This document shows positions 1 to 10,980 of a DNA stretch of 64,000 nt, one piece after another. The notes below the pieces were generated by a model, which saw only the letters and a program-made list of their open reading frames with translations, searched no databases and had not been told where the DNA came from. The position numbers and the translations under genes were made by a program. Every line of letters starts with the position of its first letter. The stretch's first letter is position 1. This stretch comes from an uncultured Gemmatimonadales bacterium (GTDB lineage: Bacteria; Gemmatimonadota; Gemmatimonadetes; Gemmatimonadales; GWC2-71-9): positions 256,001 to 320,000 of the forward strand of contig CAVOGR010000002.1 in the NCBI GenBank assembly GCA_963695555.1. The letters are read 5' to 3'.

Positions 1-1428
1 ACCGACTTCGGGATAGCCAAGGCGCTGTCATCCTCTTCCGGTGCCACGCTGACCGGGGCGGGCGTCGCCATTGGCACACCGTCGTACATGAGCCCGGAGC
101 AGGCCGCCGGCGAGAGCGAGATCGACGGACGCTCAGATCTGTACAGCCTCGGCATCGTCTCGTATCAGATATTGACCGGCGTCCTGCCGTTCAATGCGCC
201 GACGGTCGCTGGCATTCTGATGAAGCAGATAACCGAGCCGGCACCGCTGGTGACGGACAGCCGTCCCGACATCCCTGAAGACCTGGCCCTCGCAGTGAGC
301 CGCTGTCTCGAAAAGGATCCGGAAAACCGCTGGCCGTCCGCCGATTCGCTCAGGCGGGCGCTCGAATCCCGAACGGTCTCGGGCTACCGGCCTACCGGCC
401 TCGGCTGGCGGGCTCAGCGGGGATCACAGGCTGCCCCTCCGCCACGCACCGGTCGCTCCGCTCGGCAGGTGCCGGCTCGCCGTCCGGGCCGGGACCTGGC
501 GCGTGTGCCTGGGTCGGGTCGTCCGGCAGGTCGGATCGATCGGGCACGGTACCGCCGGGAACGGCTCCCGCAGGCGCGGCAGGGGGCCGGCTCACCGTCC
601 CCCAAGACGGACACCGGCGAGCCCAAGATCGTGCAGCGGGCCAGGAGCGAGTTTGCCCGCTGGGCCTCGGTATCCGGCGGGCTGTTTCTGCTTGACGTGG
701 TCACCAGCGGCTTCCCTGATTGGTCGCTGGTCGTCGCGGGAATCTGGGCCGGCTTCGGGTTAGTACCGCGCTATGCGCGGCTGTGGCAAGCCGGGTACAG
801 TTGGCGCGACGTTTTGAGTCGCCCGCCGGCTGCTGACTCCATCGAACGAACCCTCAAGAAGGCAGGCGGAAAACTACCGCGACAGCTCCCCCCGCCATCC
901 GTCCGCGACTTTGGGGCGTACGTTGACCGGATCGAGCACATGCAGCGCGACCGGACGGCGATCCTCAAGCAGTGGCAGGGCCTGCCTCAGGTGGAGCGGG
1001 ACATGTTGCCGGAGATCGTGGAGACGGTCGACCGATTGTTCGAACGCGGCCAGAAACTCGGGCGGTTACTCAAGGACATGGACATCGCCGATGTAAGCGC
1101 CGCGGAAGCGGCCGATCTCGAGCGGCGGCTCGACGAAGCGCGGAGCGGCCCTAACGATGAGGAGCATCGCCGCCACGTTCAGCTCCTGGAGCGCCAGCAG
1201 CGAAACGTCCAGGCGCTCAGGGGGCAGCGTCAGGAGGCCCAACGGAATTTGGAGTCGTGCTATCTGGCGATGCAGAACCTCCGGTTCGACCTGCTCCGCC
1301 TCAAGTCGTCGAGCATCAACGAGGTCCTGGGTGAGTTGACGCAGGTCACGCAGCAGGCGCGGGCGCTTTCCCGCGACGTCGACCACGCGATCAGCGCCGT
1401 AGAGGAGGTTCGCGACGTGATCAAGTAA
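1..1428 (+). CDS. Ser/Thr protein kinase (Hanks type), 5'-truncated; kinase C-lobe, Arg/Pro-rich linker, two hydrophobic helices, C-terminal coiled coil
   Basis: Frame 1 from base 1 reads TDFGIAKA...GTPSYMSPEQ...DGRSDLYSLG (DFG motif, activation loop, subdomain IX); open to TAA at 1428. Confidence 0.93.
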   Translation, partial: TDFGIAKALSSSSGATLTGAGVAIGTPSYMSPEQAAGESEIDGRSDLYSLGIVSYQILTGVLPFNAPTVAGILMKQITEPAPLVTDSRPDIPEDLALAVSRCLEKDPENRWPSADSLRRALESRTVSGYRPTGLGWRAQRGSQAAPPPRTGRSARQVPARRPGRDLARVPGSGRPAGRIDRARYRRERLPQARQGAGSPSPKTDTGEPKIVQRARSEFARWASVSGGLFLLDVVTSGFPDWSLVVAGIWAGFGLVPRYARLWQAGYSWRDVLSRPPAADSIERTLKKAGGKLPRQLPPPSVRDFGAYVDRIEHMQRDRTAILKQWQGLPQVERDMLPEIVETVDRLFERGQKLGRLLKDMDIADVSAAEAADLERRLDEARSGPNDEEHRRHVQLLERQQRNVQALRGQRQEAQRNLESCYLAMQNLRFDLLRLKSSSINEVLGELTQVTQQARALSRDVDHAISAVEEVRDVIK

Positions 1429-1464
1429 GCGTTCGCTCTGCGCTGGGGTCTTCCTGATGGTCGC

Positions 1465-1493
1465 GCGGCCCTCGGACAGTGTCCGGGGGCCGC
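1465..1493. terminator. Hairpin between convergent genes, probable terminator
   Basis: GCGGCCCTCGGAC-AGT-GTCCGGGGGCCGC, 13-bp stem with one G-U; no clear U tract. Confidence 0.55.
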
Positions 1494-1533
1494 ATCGTAT
1501 CCGACGAGAGGGGCGCGACGCAGCCCATCAGCA

Positions 1534-3669
1534 TCAAAATGCCAGCTGCTCCTCCATCGCCCGCTTCAAGTCGGCAACCTGGGGCAGGGTGACGTCCTCG
1601 AGCTGAGGCGCATATGCCACGAAGGTGTCGGTCGCCGCGACCCGTCGAACCGGCGCATCGAGGAATGGGAACGCTTCGTCGGCAAGGCGACTCGCGATCT
1701 CAGCGCCGTAGCCCCAGGAGAGCGAGTCTTCATACGCCACCAAGGCCCGGTTCGTCTTTCGCACCGACGCGTAGATTGTGTCCCAATCCACCGGCGAAAG
1801 AGATCGCAGATCGATGATCTCGACTCGCGCGCCGTGCTCTTCCTCCACTGCTTTTGCCGCGGTCAACGCACGCTGCACCACCGCCCCGTAGGTCACAACC
1901 GACAGGTCGCTGCCTTCCCTTACCACCTTTGCCTTGCCGAGGGGAATCATGAAATTCGGGCCGGGATAGGGGGCCTTGTTATAGGTCTGTCGGTACAGGT
2001 GCTTGTGCTCGAGGAACAGTACCGGGTCCGCGCAGCGAATGGCGGTTCGGAGAAGGCCGTTGGCGTCGAGCGCGGTGGACGGACACACCACCCGGAGGCC
2101 GGGCACGCCGGTGAAGATCGCGGCCCCGGTTTGCGAGTGATAGATCGCCCCACCCTTCAGGTAGCCGCCGTAGGTCACGCGGACAACCACGGGCGCTGAG
2201 AAGTGGTTGTTGGAGCGATAGCGCATGAGCGCCAACTCGTTCCGGATCTGCATGTAGGCCGGCCAGATGTAGTCGAAGAACTGGATTTCGACCACAGGCT
2301 TGAGACCGCGAATGGCCAAGCCGATCGCCCGGCCAACGATGTTGGCTTCGGCCAGCGGTGAGTTGTACACCCGGTGGCTGCCGAATTCGCGTTGCAGGCC
2401 CCACGTGACCTTGAAGACGCCGCCCTTTCCTTTGACCTCGTCGAGGTGGGCCTCGCGACTTACATCGGCCACATCTTGCCCGAACACGAGGATCGAGGGA
2501 TCACGCGCCATCTCATCCCGGAGACAGGCATTCAACAAATCGACCACCGTCGTCGGATTGCCGCTGAAGTGCGGGTCGTCTTCAGTATCAAATTGCTCCG
2601 ACGTCGGGTCGACATCGGGAGAGTAGACGTAGTGATACACCGTGTCTGGGGCTGGCTGCGGCGACGCGAGCGCAATGTCCGTCGCCACTTGGACCTCCTC
2701 GTCGACCTCCTCTGCGATACTCGCGAGTTCGGCCTCGGTCGCGATGCCCTCGTTCTGGAGGTACTGCGGGAAATGCACCAGCGGGTCGCGGGTCGTCTCG
2801 GCCTCCCGTTCTGAAGCGGATCGGTACTGCGCCTCATCGTCGGAAAGGGAGTGACTGTAAGGGCGAATGACATGGGCATGCACCAGGGCCGGTCCCTTGC
2901 GTTGTCGGGCATGCTCCATGGCTCGCCCCAAGGCATCGTAAGACGCCAAGGGATCGCAGCCATCGACTTCTTCGAGATAGAGGTTCGGAAACCCGGTGAC
3001 CAGCTTCGAAATGGAACCGCCGGCCGTGTTTACCTCAACGGGCACCGAAATCGCGTACTCATTGTCCTCGATCAGGTAGACGATCGGCAACTTGAGATTG
3101 CACGCTGTATTCAGCGACTCCCAGAATTCCCCCTCGCTGGTTGTGCCATCACCCGCGGAGCAAAACACGACTTCGTCATCGTGAAACAGCGTCTCATGGT
3201 CGGGAATGTCCGAATTCTGACTGAAGCGCAGCCACGCTTCCGCCGTTCCCACCGCTTGGAGGAACTGGGTCCCCGTCGGACTCGACGCGCTCACGATGTT
3301 GAGGTCCTCGTGTCCCCAGTGCGACGGCATCTGCCGGCCGCCGGAGTTCGGGTCATCGGCCGACGCGACGGCAGAAAGCAGCTGTTCCGTGGCCGTCATA
3401 CCGAGGCCAAGACACAGCGCACGATCGCGATAGTAGGTGTAAAACCAGTCATAGCCGGCGCGGAACACCTTCGCAGCGGCCACCAATACCGCTTCATGGC
3501 CAGCACCCGAGATCTGGAAGAAGATCTTGTTCTGCCGCTTGAGTTGGATCTCCTTGTCATCGATCCGGCGCGACAGGAGCATCAGGCGATAGATGTCCAA
3601 CAAGTCTGCCTTGTCGAGCTTGGAGGAAGCGGGCGCCTTGGTACCACGGTTGGAAGTGCTTTGTGCCAT
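1534..3669 (-). CDS. 2-oxoacid dehydrogenase E1, fused alpha/beta (probably branched-chain 2-oxoacid dehydrogenase)
   Basis: 711 aa; GGRQMPSHW, ThDP motif GDG...N ([15 protein letters not shown]...NEYAIS), HSLSDD loop, beta-domain EIQFFDY and FLEHK. Confidence 0.93.
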   Translation of the reverse strand: MAQSTSNRGTKAPASSKLDKADLLDIYRLMLLSRRIDDKEIQLKRQNKIFFQISGAGHEAVLVAAAKVFRAGYDWFYTYYRDRALCLGLGMTATEQLLSAVASADDPNSGGRQMPSHWGHEDLNIVSASSPTGTQFLQAVGTAEAWLRFSQNSDIPDHETLFHDDEVVFCSAGDGTTSEGEFWESLNTACNLKLPIVYLIEDNEYAISVPVEVNTAGGSISKLVTGFPNLYLEEVDGCDPLASYDALGRAMEHARQRKGPALVHAHVIRPYSHSLSDDEAQYRSASEREAETTRDPLVHFPQYLQNEGIATEAELASIAEEVDEEVQVATDIALASPQPAPDTVYHYVYSPDVDPTSEQFDTEDDPHFSGNPTTVVDLLNACLRDEMARDPSILVFGQDVADVSREAHLDEVKGKGGVFKVTWGLQREFGSHRVYNSPLAEANIVGRAIGLAIRGLKPVVEIQFFDYIWPAYMQIRNELALMRYRSNNHFSAPVVVRVTYGGYLKGGAIYHSQTGAAIFTGVPGLRVVCPSTALDANGLLRTAIRCADPVLFLEHKHLYRQTYNKAPYPGPNFMIPLGKAKVVREGSDLSVVTYGAVVQRALTAAKAVEEEHGARVEIIDLRSLSPVDWDTIYASVRKTNRALVAYEDSLSWGYGAEIASRLADEAFPFLDAPVRRVAATDTFVAYAPQLEDVTLPQVADLKRAMEEQLAF

Positions 3670-3714
3670 AGAGGTTACGGAATGTGGCTGGTCAGGGGTG
3701 GATGAGCGGGCCCA

Positions 3715-4890
3715 CTAAGATACCCCGGGGCCCGGCGACTGCGGGAGGTCCCGACTCGCGGTGTGATGGTCGGATTCCTTCTTCCGTGCGCCGTGCGGCT
3801 CCAACCAGTCGAGCGGCAAATCCCTGCGCGTCATCTCCTCCGAGCACCAAGTGAGGATCCGGCGACGGACCTCCTGCGGCACATCCTTGTGTCGGTCCGC
3901 CGTCCCTTTGACGAAGAGCCTGGCTTCCGTTGCCAAGATGTGCGGCGGCCCCATCTCGAAGGTGTCTCCGTGCCGTTGCATGTACTCGAAGCTGCACTTG
4001 GTGAGAACCCGTGCGAGTTCTTCGTCGGTGAGCGGTGCCAGACCCAGGAAGCCCGCGACCTGTCGGGTGATACCGGGCAAATCACGTTTCATAGCTTCGA
4101 AGTGGACGAAGAGCACGTTGCCATTCTGCTTTGATCGCTGCCACCAGCCGTCCACATGAGCCGGCCAAGTTCCCCACCACATCAGCTCGTCCGAGCAATA
4201 CCACCGCTCCGCCTCATCGAGACGCGGCGCAAAGGCGCCCATGTTGGTGTGGAGGAAATCTACGCAGCTCGCAAAGCACGACACCGGGTGCCGCGCGACG
4301 TAGACGTACTTCGCTGCGGGGTCAAAGGGACAAAGCGACGCGGGTAAATGGGTCTTGATGATTCGCGATGGGCGCTCGGCCCCGATCAGCGGCGCGTCAT
4401 CCACAGACACACTCTTTAACGCTTCGAGCCACGGCGACACGGCATACAGGGCGGTGCCCGAGGTGACCAGATCTCCGTTGCCGCGCTTGAGGATTTCGTA
4501 AACGAGATGCTGCATCCATGTCGTCCCGCATTTCATCTGCGTGACCACGAAGACGTCTTCGGCTTGGGCCTGGTAGGCGAATCCCCGCTCGAAGCTCTCG
4601 GGACTGCACGTCCCTTTCGGTCCGGCGATCCCTTCCACGCGAAACGTGGCCTTGGCCAAGGCACCGTCGCTGAACCGGCCGAGCAGGCGCAGGATGGGAG
4701 ACAGCAAGATGGCGTGACGCCGCAGCGTCTGCTTGAACTGGTCTCGCTCAACAGCGGGGAGTCCGTAATACGCCAGGCCCCGGGTCTTCTCGTCTTCCCA
4801 TCGGAGCACCACCGCAAGGTAGATGAACTCGACAACGAGGGACCCGAAGAGGCCGACAACGACCACAACACCCCACATCACTGGACTCAA
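3715..4890 (-). CDS. Sulfotransferase-domain protein with N-terminal membrane anchor
   Basis: PAPS 5'-PSB-like MKCGTTW, IIKTHLP, YVARHPVSCFAS; hydrophobic N-terminus. Confidence 0.85.
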   Translation of the reverse strand: MSPVMWGVVVVVGLFGSLVVEFIYLAVVLRWEDEKTRGLAYYGLPAVERDQFKQTLRRHAILLSPILRLLGRFSDGALAKATFRVEGIAGPKGTCSPESFERGFAYQAQAEDVFVVTQMKCGTTWMQHLVYEILKRGNGDLVTSGTALYAVSPWLEALKSVSVDDAPLIGAERPSRIIKTHLPASLCPFDPAAKYVYVARHPVSCFASCVDFLHTNMGAFAPRLDEAERWYCSDELMWWGTWPAHVDGWWQRSKQNGNVLFVHFEAMKRDLPGITRQVAGFLGLAPLTDEELARVLTKCSFEYMQRHGDTFEMGPPHILATEARLFVKGTADRHKDVPQEVRRRILTWCSEEMTRRDLPLDWLEPHGARKKESDHHTASRDLPQSPGPGVS

Positions 4891-5015
4891 CTCAACGCCT
4901 CCTTGTGGCCGAGTTCGCCCTAGCGCTCGGCTGCAATGAATTACCGATGTACGAAACGCGAAGCAGCGTCACAACGCGGGGTACCCGTAAACTGGGAGCG
5001 GGACGTCTGGTCAGA

Positions 5016-6689
5016 TCATCTCTTCTGGAATACAACCCGACCACCAACGACGGTGGCCCTGACCTCGAGCTGTTCGATGCGGGCCGGTGGAATCGCCGTG
5101 AGATCCTCGCTCAAGAGGACGAAGTCAGCGAGATAGCCCCGCGCCAATCGACCCTGCTCGCGTTCCCTGAAGACTGCGTACGCGTTGCCCGCCGTGTAGG
5201 CCGAGAGCGCTTCCTCGGCAGTGATCTTCTGCTCCGGGACCCAGCCGTCGGGGTACCGGCCGTCGATGGTGTGACGCGCAACCGCAGCGTAGATCCCAAG
5301 CACCGGCTCGAGTGGCGCTACCGTCCAGTCCGATCCGAACGCCAGCGGCGCTCCGGCTTCGAGAAACGAGCGAAAGGCGTAGGTCGTCTTGATGCGTTCG
5401 GGGCCGATCCGCTTCTCGGCCCACCGGCCGTCGTCGATTGCATGATATGGCTGGGTCGATGCGACGACCCCGAGCTGGGCAAAGCGTCGGAAATCATCGG
5501 GTCGGAGGTGCTGGGCGTGCTCGACGCGGAAGCGCCGGTCGCGCGGCCCGTGGGCCGCCGCGACACTGTCGAAGATGTCGAGCAGGATGCCGATGGCTCG
5601 ATCGCCAATCGCGTGGATGGCGAGTTGGAATCCCGCCGAATCGGCTCCACCGATCCAGCGACGCAGGCTGTCCTCCGGATTAGTCAGCGTCCCCGCCGTG
5701 GTTGGATCATCACTGTATGGTTCATCGAACAAGGCGGTGGAGCTGCCCAGTGATCCGTCGACAAATCCCTTGAGACCGGCAAGCCACAGCCAATCATCAA
5801 CCGCGGGGAGTCGGGCGAGGCTGTCGCCGAAGGCCGGCCAGTCGGATAGTTGATGATAGAACGCCACCCGGAGGCTGAGTTTGCCTCGCTCGCGGGCCCG
5901 ACGATAGGCCGCCCAGTTCTGCCAGCTTCCGTCCATCTCGGAGATGGCAGTGACCCCCACCGAGGCCGCGTGGGCGAAGGCTCGGGCCAGCGCGGAGTCG
6001 CGCTGCGAGGGGGAGGCATCGGGAATGGCCACCCACATCGGATCCATCGCGTTGTCTTTGAGCAGGCCGGTCGGGTCGCGGCTGTTCGGGTAGCGAACGA
6101 TGACGCCGCCGGGGACGTCAGTAGTACGGCCGGTAATACCGGCAAGCTCGAGGGCTCGGCTGTTGGCGAGCCCCATGTGACCGTCCAGGCGGGACACGAA
6201 GACGGGGTTGTCCGGGGTAACGGAGTCGATCCAGTCGCGACGCGGGAGGCCGGCCTCGGGCCAGAGTTCGTGGTCCCAGTCGCCGCCGGTGACCCACTCG
6301 CCGGGCTGGAGCCGCTCGGCGTAGGCCTTGATCCGGGCGGTGAACTCTGCGGGCGAGCCTGCGTCACGAAGGTCCACGCTCGCGAGTTGGAAGCCGCCGC
6401 TCATGAAATGGGTGTGATCGTCGATGAGCCCGGGCACGATCAGGCCCCCGCCGGCCTGCAGGACCTCGGTCGACGGATCGACGAGAGCGGCAATGGCCGT
6501 GCTGTCGCCCACGGCCAGGATGGTGTCTCCTCGGACCGCCAGGGCCTCTGCCCAGGGCAGGGTCGAGTCCCCGGTCCAGACCCGGCCGAAGACGGCGAGA
6601 GTGGCGCGGGGCGGAGGAGAACAGCTAACGAGCGTCGCTACGAGTGCGGTCATTGCCGCGAGTCGAGCATAGAATCTGGTAGCCATCAT
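5016..6689 (-). CDS. Amidohydrolase family 3 (YtcJ-like), probable lipoprotein
   Basis: PGLIDDHTH, DGHMGLANS, KGFVDGSLGS, HAIGD, RVEHAQ, FGSDW; lipobox-like LVSC. Confidence 0.9.
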   Translation of the reverse strand: MMATRFYARLAAMTALVATLVSCSPPPRATLAVFGRVWTGDSTLPWAEALAVRGDTILAVGDSTAIAALVDPSTEVLQAGGGLIVPGLIDDHTHFMSGGFQLASVDLRDAGSPAEFTARIKAYAERLQPGEWVTGGDWDHELWPEAGLPRRDWIDSVTPDNPVFVSRLDGHMGLANSRALELAGITGRTTDVPGGVIVRYPNSRDPTGLLKDNAMDPMWVAIPDASPSQRDSALARAFAHAASVGVTAISEMDGSWQNWAAYRRARERGKLSLRVAFYHQLSDWPAFGDSLARLPAVDDWLWLAGLKGFVDGSLGSSTALFDEPYSDDPTTAGTLTNPEDSLRRWIGGADSAGFQLAIHAIGDRAIGILLDIFDSVAAAHGPRDRRFRVEHAQHLRPDDFRRFAQLGVVASTQPYHAIDDGRWAEKRIGPERIKTTYAFRSFLEAGAPLAFGSDWTVAPLEPVLGIYAAVARHTIDGRYPDGWVPEQKITAEEALSAYTAGNAYAVFREREQGRLARGYLADFVLLSEDLTAIPPARIEQLEVRATVVGGRVVFQKR

Positions 6690-6934
6690 CGAAGCCTCGT
6701 GAGTCGTCGCAGGGTCTCGAGCTTCTCGAGCGCGCTGCCCTTCTTCGATTCGGCGGCGGGCGCCACCGCGAACAGGTCGCGGATGTCGAGCAGCACCTCG
6801 AAGAACAGCTGGTCTCGCATGTAGGAGTTGTCCAGCTCGGCCATGCGCCCGGGGAGGTCTTCCGATTTGGCCCGCTCGTAGGACTCACGGTAGATGGCTT
6901 CCAGGTTGATCAGGATTCGTTCGCGATCGCGCAT
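6686..6934 (-). CDS. Small helical hypothetical protein (82 aa)
   Basis: MRDRERILINLE...; stop overlaps the amidohydrolase start (ATGA coupling). Confidence 0.7.
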   Translation of the reverse strand: MRDRERILINLEAIYRESYERAKSEDLPGRMAELDNSYMRDQLFFEVLLDIRDLFAVAPAAESKKGSALEKLETLRRLTRLR

Positions 6935-7070
6935 AGGGATGCCGGGAAGAGGGTCATGAGAAGATATCCCGTGGCGCGACCCCAGGTGAGTCCCCGGCGC
7001 CCCCAACCAAAGAAACGCCGCGGTCCGGGCCACTGGGGCCCAGACCGCGGCGAGATACTCGCACTGCTGA

Positions 7071-8237
7071 CTAATTGGGGGAGTAGACCTGCATCCAGGC
7101 CCGCTCGCCAAGCGGCCGGGCCGTAGCCGACGCTCGGAGTGCGCGCTCCAGGGCACAGGAGGAGAACTGGGCCAAGGAGTTACCCGTCAGGGTCGAGGGG
7201 TCGAGGTCCACCTGGGCGGCCATGAGACCACCGAAGATATGCCCACCGGTGCCGGTGCTCTTGACCGTTCCCTGGACGATGACCGGCCCGTAGAACTCCA
7301 TCCCGCCTGAGAGGTCGAGGTCGCCTTGGACCAGGAGAATACCCTGGCCACGCCCACCGGAGATCCGGAGATTGTTAGGCGCATAGATGATCGGGAAGTA
7401 ATTGAAGCAGGGCGCGTAGATAGTCCCGCCGTAGGGCTCACCCCAGTTCCTATTGTTGGTCTTATCGCATCTTGGCGGCACCGTCGCTGTGAGTGTAGGC
7501 GCCAGCCCGTTGACCGTTCCGGTGACTTGCAGATCGGCCATTGCAGCGAGCTCGGCGAAGCTGATCCCGCCGAAATCGTTGAAGATGGTCGAATCCACCG
7601 TCGGATCGCCGCCCTGGAATTGCGGGTTGCCCTCGACGCAGGCGAGACCGCTACAGTTGGCCCCGTTGGTGTTGATGCTGGTCGCCGAACTCCGGATGCC
7701 TGCCAGGGTATCGGTAGGAGCCGCACAGCTTCCTGTCCAACCCGCAGGGTTCCGGTCGACCCCGCTCACTTCTGTGGACCCTCCGATGGTCATGGTCCCG
7801 TTCACTGTAATGGCAGCGGTCATATCGACCAGCGGCAGGATGAGCCGGGCGAAGGTTCCCACCACTCGTTGGGCCATGATGTTGCCGCCGGCGTCGGTCT
7901 TGGCGCCGGCCGAGACGATCTGGAACAGGTTGTCGTTGAGTCGGGTCACCCGCCTCACATAGCCTGCGTTGCCGCCCATGGAGACGGAGGACAGCGTGAG
8001 GGTGTCTCCAGTGGCCATGGCGTTGTAGACCGTGGGGTCCCAGTTATCCAGCACATCCACGAGCCCCGCCTCCGCCGCTTCGAACGACTGGGCCCCGGAC
8101 ATCGAGTTGAGTCCCGTCCGCTGCTCCAGCCGTCCGGCGTAGAATGTTCCCGCCACGAGGGCGCCGATGACCACGATGGCAAACACGGCCATGACCAGCG
8201 CGATGCCGCGTTCATCGGAGAGTCGAGGGGTTCGCAT
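7071..8237 (-). CDS. PilX-like type IV pilus assembly protein
   Basis: ERGIALVMAVFAIVVIGAL prepilin-like N-terminus, AAEAGL motif; last gene of the minor pilin cluster. Confidence 0.8.
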   Translation of the reverse strand: MRTPRLSDERGIALVMAVFAIVVIGALVAGTFYAGRLEQRTGLNSMSGAQSFEAAEAGLVDVLDNWDPTVYNAMATGDTLTLSSVSMGGNAGYVRRVTRLNDNLFQIVSAGAKTDAGGNIMAQRVVGTFARLILPLVDMTAAITVNGTMTIGGSTEVSGVDRNPAGWTGSCAAPTDTLAGIRSSATSINTNGANCSGLACVEGNPQFQGGDPTVDSTIFNDFGGISFAELAAMADLQVTGTVNGLAPTLTATVPPRCDKTNNRNWGEPYGGTIYAPCFNYFPIIYAPNNLRISGGRGQGILLVQGDLDLSGGMEFYGPVIVQGTVKSTGTGGHIFGGLMAAQVDLDPSTLTGNSLAQFSSCALERALRASATARPLGERAWMQVYSPN

Positions 8238-8269
8238 ATGTGTGACTCCTTCTCCTAATCGGAAGTCGC

Positions 8270-9135
8270 CTACGGTTGAGGCGCGTTTCGCAAAGCAATC
8301 ATGGCCACGAGGCTGTCCTGGACGATCTGATTGGCCTGCCCCAGCCCCCGGCTGACCGCCGCCTGGGTGAGACCCCGAAGGGTGACTCGAACCGCCCGCA
8401 CGGCGGTCGCCGAGGCAGTGGGATTGCCGCTGCCATCGAAGTATTCGAGCAAGAATCCGTTGGCGGCGAGCGGGCCGAGCACCGGCTGGAGGGCGACCTC
8501 GCCGGCACTCACCGACCGGGCGCCCAGCCAGGTTTGCCCCGCCGTGGCGAAGGATTCGAGCCGCATGACCTCATAGATCCGCACCGGACTCCCGACCATC
8601 ACGTCCACGATCCCGCTCGGAGTCGCGGCGGAGATGTCGGCGAACGAAAGCGCGATGGCCGGTCGGCCGGCGCAGGTACTGGGCGCGACGCCGGTCAGCT
8701 GGCGATCGACCCAGAGGTCGTCGTTGGGGTCGGCGGGATCGACTTCGGCGAAGATCAGCACGCGATCGCGATTGTTGTTGGTGTCGATGTTCCGGAGTCC
8801 GTAGTACGGCATGTTCGGCACATCCCAGATTCGGATCTCGGTCGGGGTCACGAGACACGACACTCCGGACCCGCGCATGGCGCGATACTGGATCGCGTTG
8901 GCCCCCATGACTTGCAGGTCCGAGGCGGTCCGGCATTGATGCCCACCTCAGCTAGCTCGGAGGGCACGAGAAACGCCCCGGTTCGAAGACTTGACTGCAG
9001 GCCCACCCGCTCCGCTTGTTCGCGGGACAGGCGCTGGGTGTTCACCAGCATCCGAACCGTCGCGCCGCCCACGATCGCCATCATCACGACGACGACCATC
9101 AGCTCGACCAGGGTAAACCCGCGTGTGTTTCGCAT
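8270..9135 (-). CDS. PilW-like minor pilin, split by a 1-nt frameshift near 8930
   Basis: MRNTRGFTLVELMVV N-methylation motif in one frame; continues in ORF 8270..8908; one extra G (GCC GG[G] ACC GCC TCG GAC CTG) joins them. Confidence 0.78.
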
Positions 9136-9137
9136 GA

Positions 9138-9512
9138 CTATCGGCACCGGATGACGGTTTGCAGGGTATCGGTGTCGGTGCCGCCGGCCCGTGGGTAGGT
9201 GACGATGGCACTCACGGCTCTACTCGTGCCGGCGCCCGGCACGATCCACGTTTCCGTGACACCGTTGGCCGTGACGGGGCCGCCGCTCGCGAAGCCGCCG
9301 GCGGTGCACGGGGGGTTGGTGGTGTTGGCAAACGCGCGGAGGGTTTCCAGGCGCCGAGTGGCGACTTCCATCGCCATGGTCGTGCGCCGGCCCTGTCCGA
9401 TCATCCGCGTCGTCATGGCGGAGGACCCCATCAAGGCGATGACGCCGACGGAGAGGACAACAACCGCCACCAGCACCTCAACGATCGTGAATCCTGCTGT
9501 GCTCTTGGTCAT
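9138..9512 (-). CDS. PilV-like minor pilin
   Basis: AGFTIVEVLVAVVVL prepilin motif, 124 aa. Confidence 0.85.
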   Translation of the reverse strand: MTKSTAGFTIVEVLVAVVVLSVGVIALMGSSAMTTRMIGQGRRTTMAMEVATRRLETLRAFANTTNPPCTAGGFASGGPVTANGVTETWIVPGAGTSRAVSAIVTYPRAGGTDTDTLQTVIRCR

Positions 9513-9952
9513 TTGGTCATCACCCGGCCGAATCCGCTGATCATGACGGTATCGGCGTGAGAGCCCTTGGCCAGCTCGATCATGCCGCCGCTACGGCCAA
9601 AGCCGCGCGGGTCGACGGCGAGCATCGAGTCGGACGACGTCATGGTAACTCCGTAATCGTTGTACAGGTTCTGGACGGCAACGAGGGTGTCGAGGCCGCC
9701 GCCCGGCAGTGTGGCTGTGATCAACGCCGTGTTACCGCTGATGCGTACGGCGGTTGGACGATTGGTGGTCATGGCATTGGCACGGGCCTGGTTGTAGAGC
9801 GTAACGACCTTGGTCCTGGCCCCCCGCACGTCATTCTGCTGCACGACCGAGCGGAACCGCGGCAGGGCGAGCAGCATCAGCCCTCCCATCACCACGACGA
9901 CGATCAGCATCTCGCTCAGGGTGAATCCGGTCCGATTCTTAAGACCAGTCAT
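9509..9952 (-). CDS. FimT/GspH-like minor pilin
   Basis: TGFTLSEMLIV motif, ARANAM, DPRG; ATG at 9952. Confidence 0.85.
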   Translation of the reverse strand: MTGLKNRTGFTLSEMLIVVVVMGGLMLLALPRFRSVVQQNDVRGARTKVVTLYNQARANAMTTNRPTAVRISGNTALITATLPGGGLDTLVAVQNLYNDYGVTMTSSDSMLAVDPRGFGRSGGMIELAKGSHADTVMISGFGRVMTK

Positions 9953-10050
9953 TTCATGTCCAGTTCGTTCGGTGTGTAAAAACTGCCCATGCCCAACCCG
10001 ATGGTCTCCGCTTGGGCCACCCGGGGCGGGGCTCTCTTCTCTACTCCACC

Positions 10051-10066
10051 AGCACACCTCATGCCA
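10051..10066 (-). promoter_or_regulatory. sigma54 (-24/-12) promoter of the minor pilin cluster
   Basis: Minus strand TGGCATGAGGTGTGCT, GG-N10-GC spacing, ~100 nt upstream of the first pilin; AT-rich IHF-like site (TTACAACAACTTA, 10083-10095) next to it. Confidence 0.7.
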
Positions 10067-10454
10067 TGTTTAGACTGTTGTTTTACAACAACTTACAAAA
10101 CATGACCGAATCGCGTCACCGGCATTATGCTACACTCGACTGTCGCGATGATGCACCAAGTCAGTTGGTGGATTGATTCAGTACATAGCTAGTGGACCAC
10201 TCGGGATCCTGCAATCCATAAAAATCGTACACTGTGCGGCCGAGAGACGTTGGATGAGACGGCTATGACGTTGTCCTGTAACAACTTAAAAATTGTCCGC
10301 CGGTACGGTAGGCTGTACAGGGATGGTGATTTCAGGTGACGTGACTCCTAGGCCCGGCGTGCTGCCCGCCCGGCTTGGCCACACGACCCTGCCGGGTTTG
10401 GCGATACCGGCCGGCGCTATCTTACCGCGACACCATCGCGGAGGGACACGGACC

Positions 10455-10973
10455 ATGCGACTCGCCGGCAAGCGCGTGCTGTTCTTCGCCGGGCCGCTCT
10501 ATGAGGACCTCGAGCTCTGGTACCCGAAGCTGCGCCTGGAGGAGGAGGGCGCGGTCACCACGGTTGCCGGGACCGGGGAGAAGAGCTACCAGGGGAAGCG
10601 GGGCTATCCCATCACGCCGGACACCGACGTACACCAGGTCGACCCGGGCACATTCGATGGGCTGGTCATTCCAGGCGGCTATGCGCCGGACATCATGCGG
10701 CGTTCTGAGCGGTTGCTTGCGGTCACCCGGGCCATCTACCAGGCCGGAAAGCCGGTGGCCTTCATCTGCCACGCCGGATGGGTGCCGATTTCCGCCGGCA
10801 TCGTCCGGGGCAAACGGGGCACCAGTGTCGGGGCCATCAAGGACGACCTGGTCAATGCCGGCATGGTGTGGGAAGACAGCCCGGTGGTGGTCGACGGCAA
10901 CCTCATTTCCTCACGCACGCCGGCTGACTTGCCGCACTTTGTCAAGGCCCTGATCACCTCTCTCGAGGACTGA
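10455..10973 (+). CDS. PfpI/DJ-1 family (class I glutamine amidotransferase-like) protein
   Basis: YEDLELWYP, IPGGYAPD, nucleophile elbow ICHAGW, VVVDGNLISSR. Confidence 0.92.
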   Translation: MRLAGKRVLFFAGPLYEDLELWYPKLRLEEEGAVTTVAGTGEKSYQGKRGYPITPDTDVHQVDPGTFDGLVIPGGYAPDIMRRSERLLAVTRAIYQAGKPVAFICHAGWVPISAGIVRGKRGTSVGAIKDDLVNAGMVWEDSPVVVDGNLISSRTPADLPHFVKALITSLED

Positions 10974-10980
10974 CCGTTCC

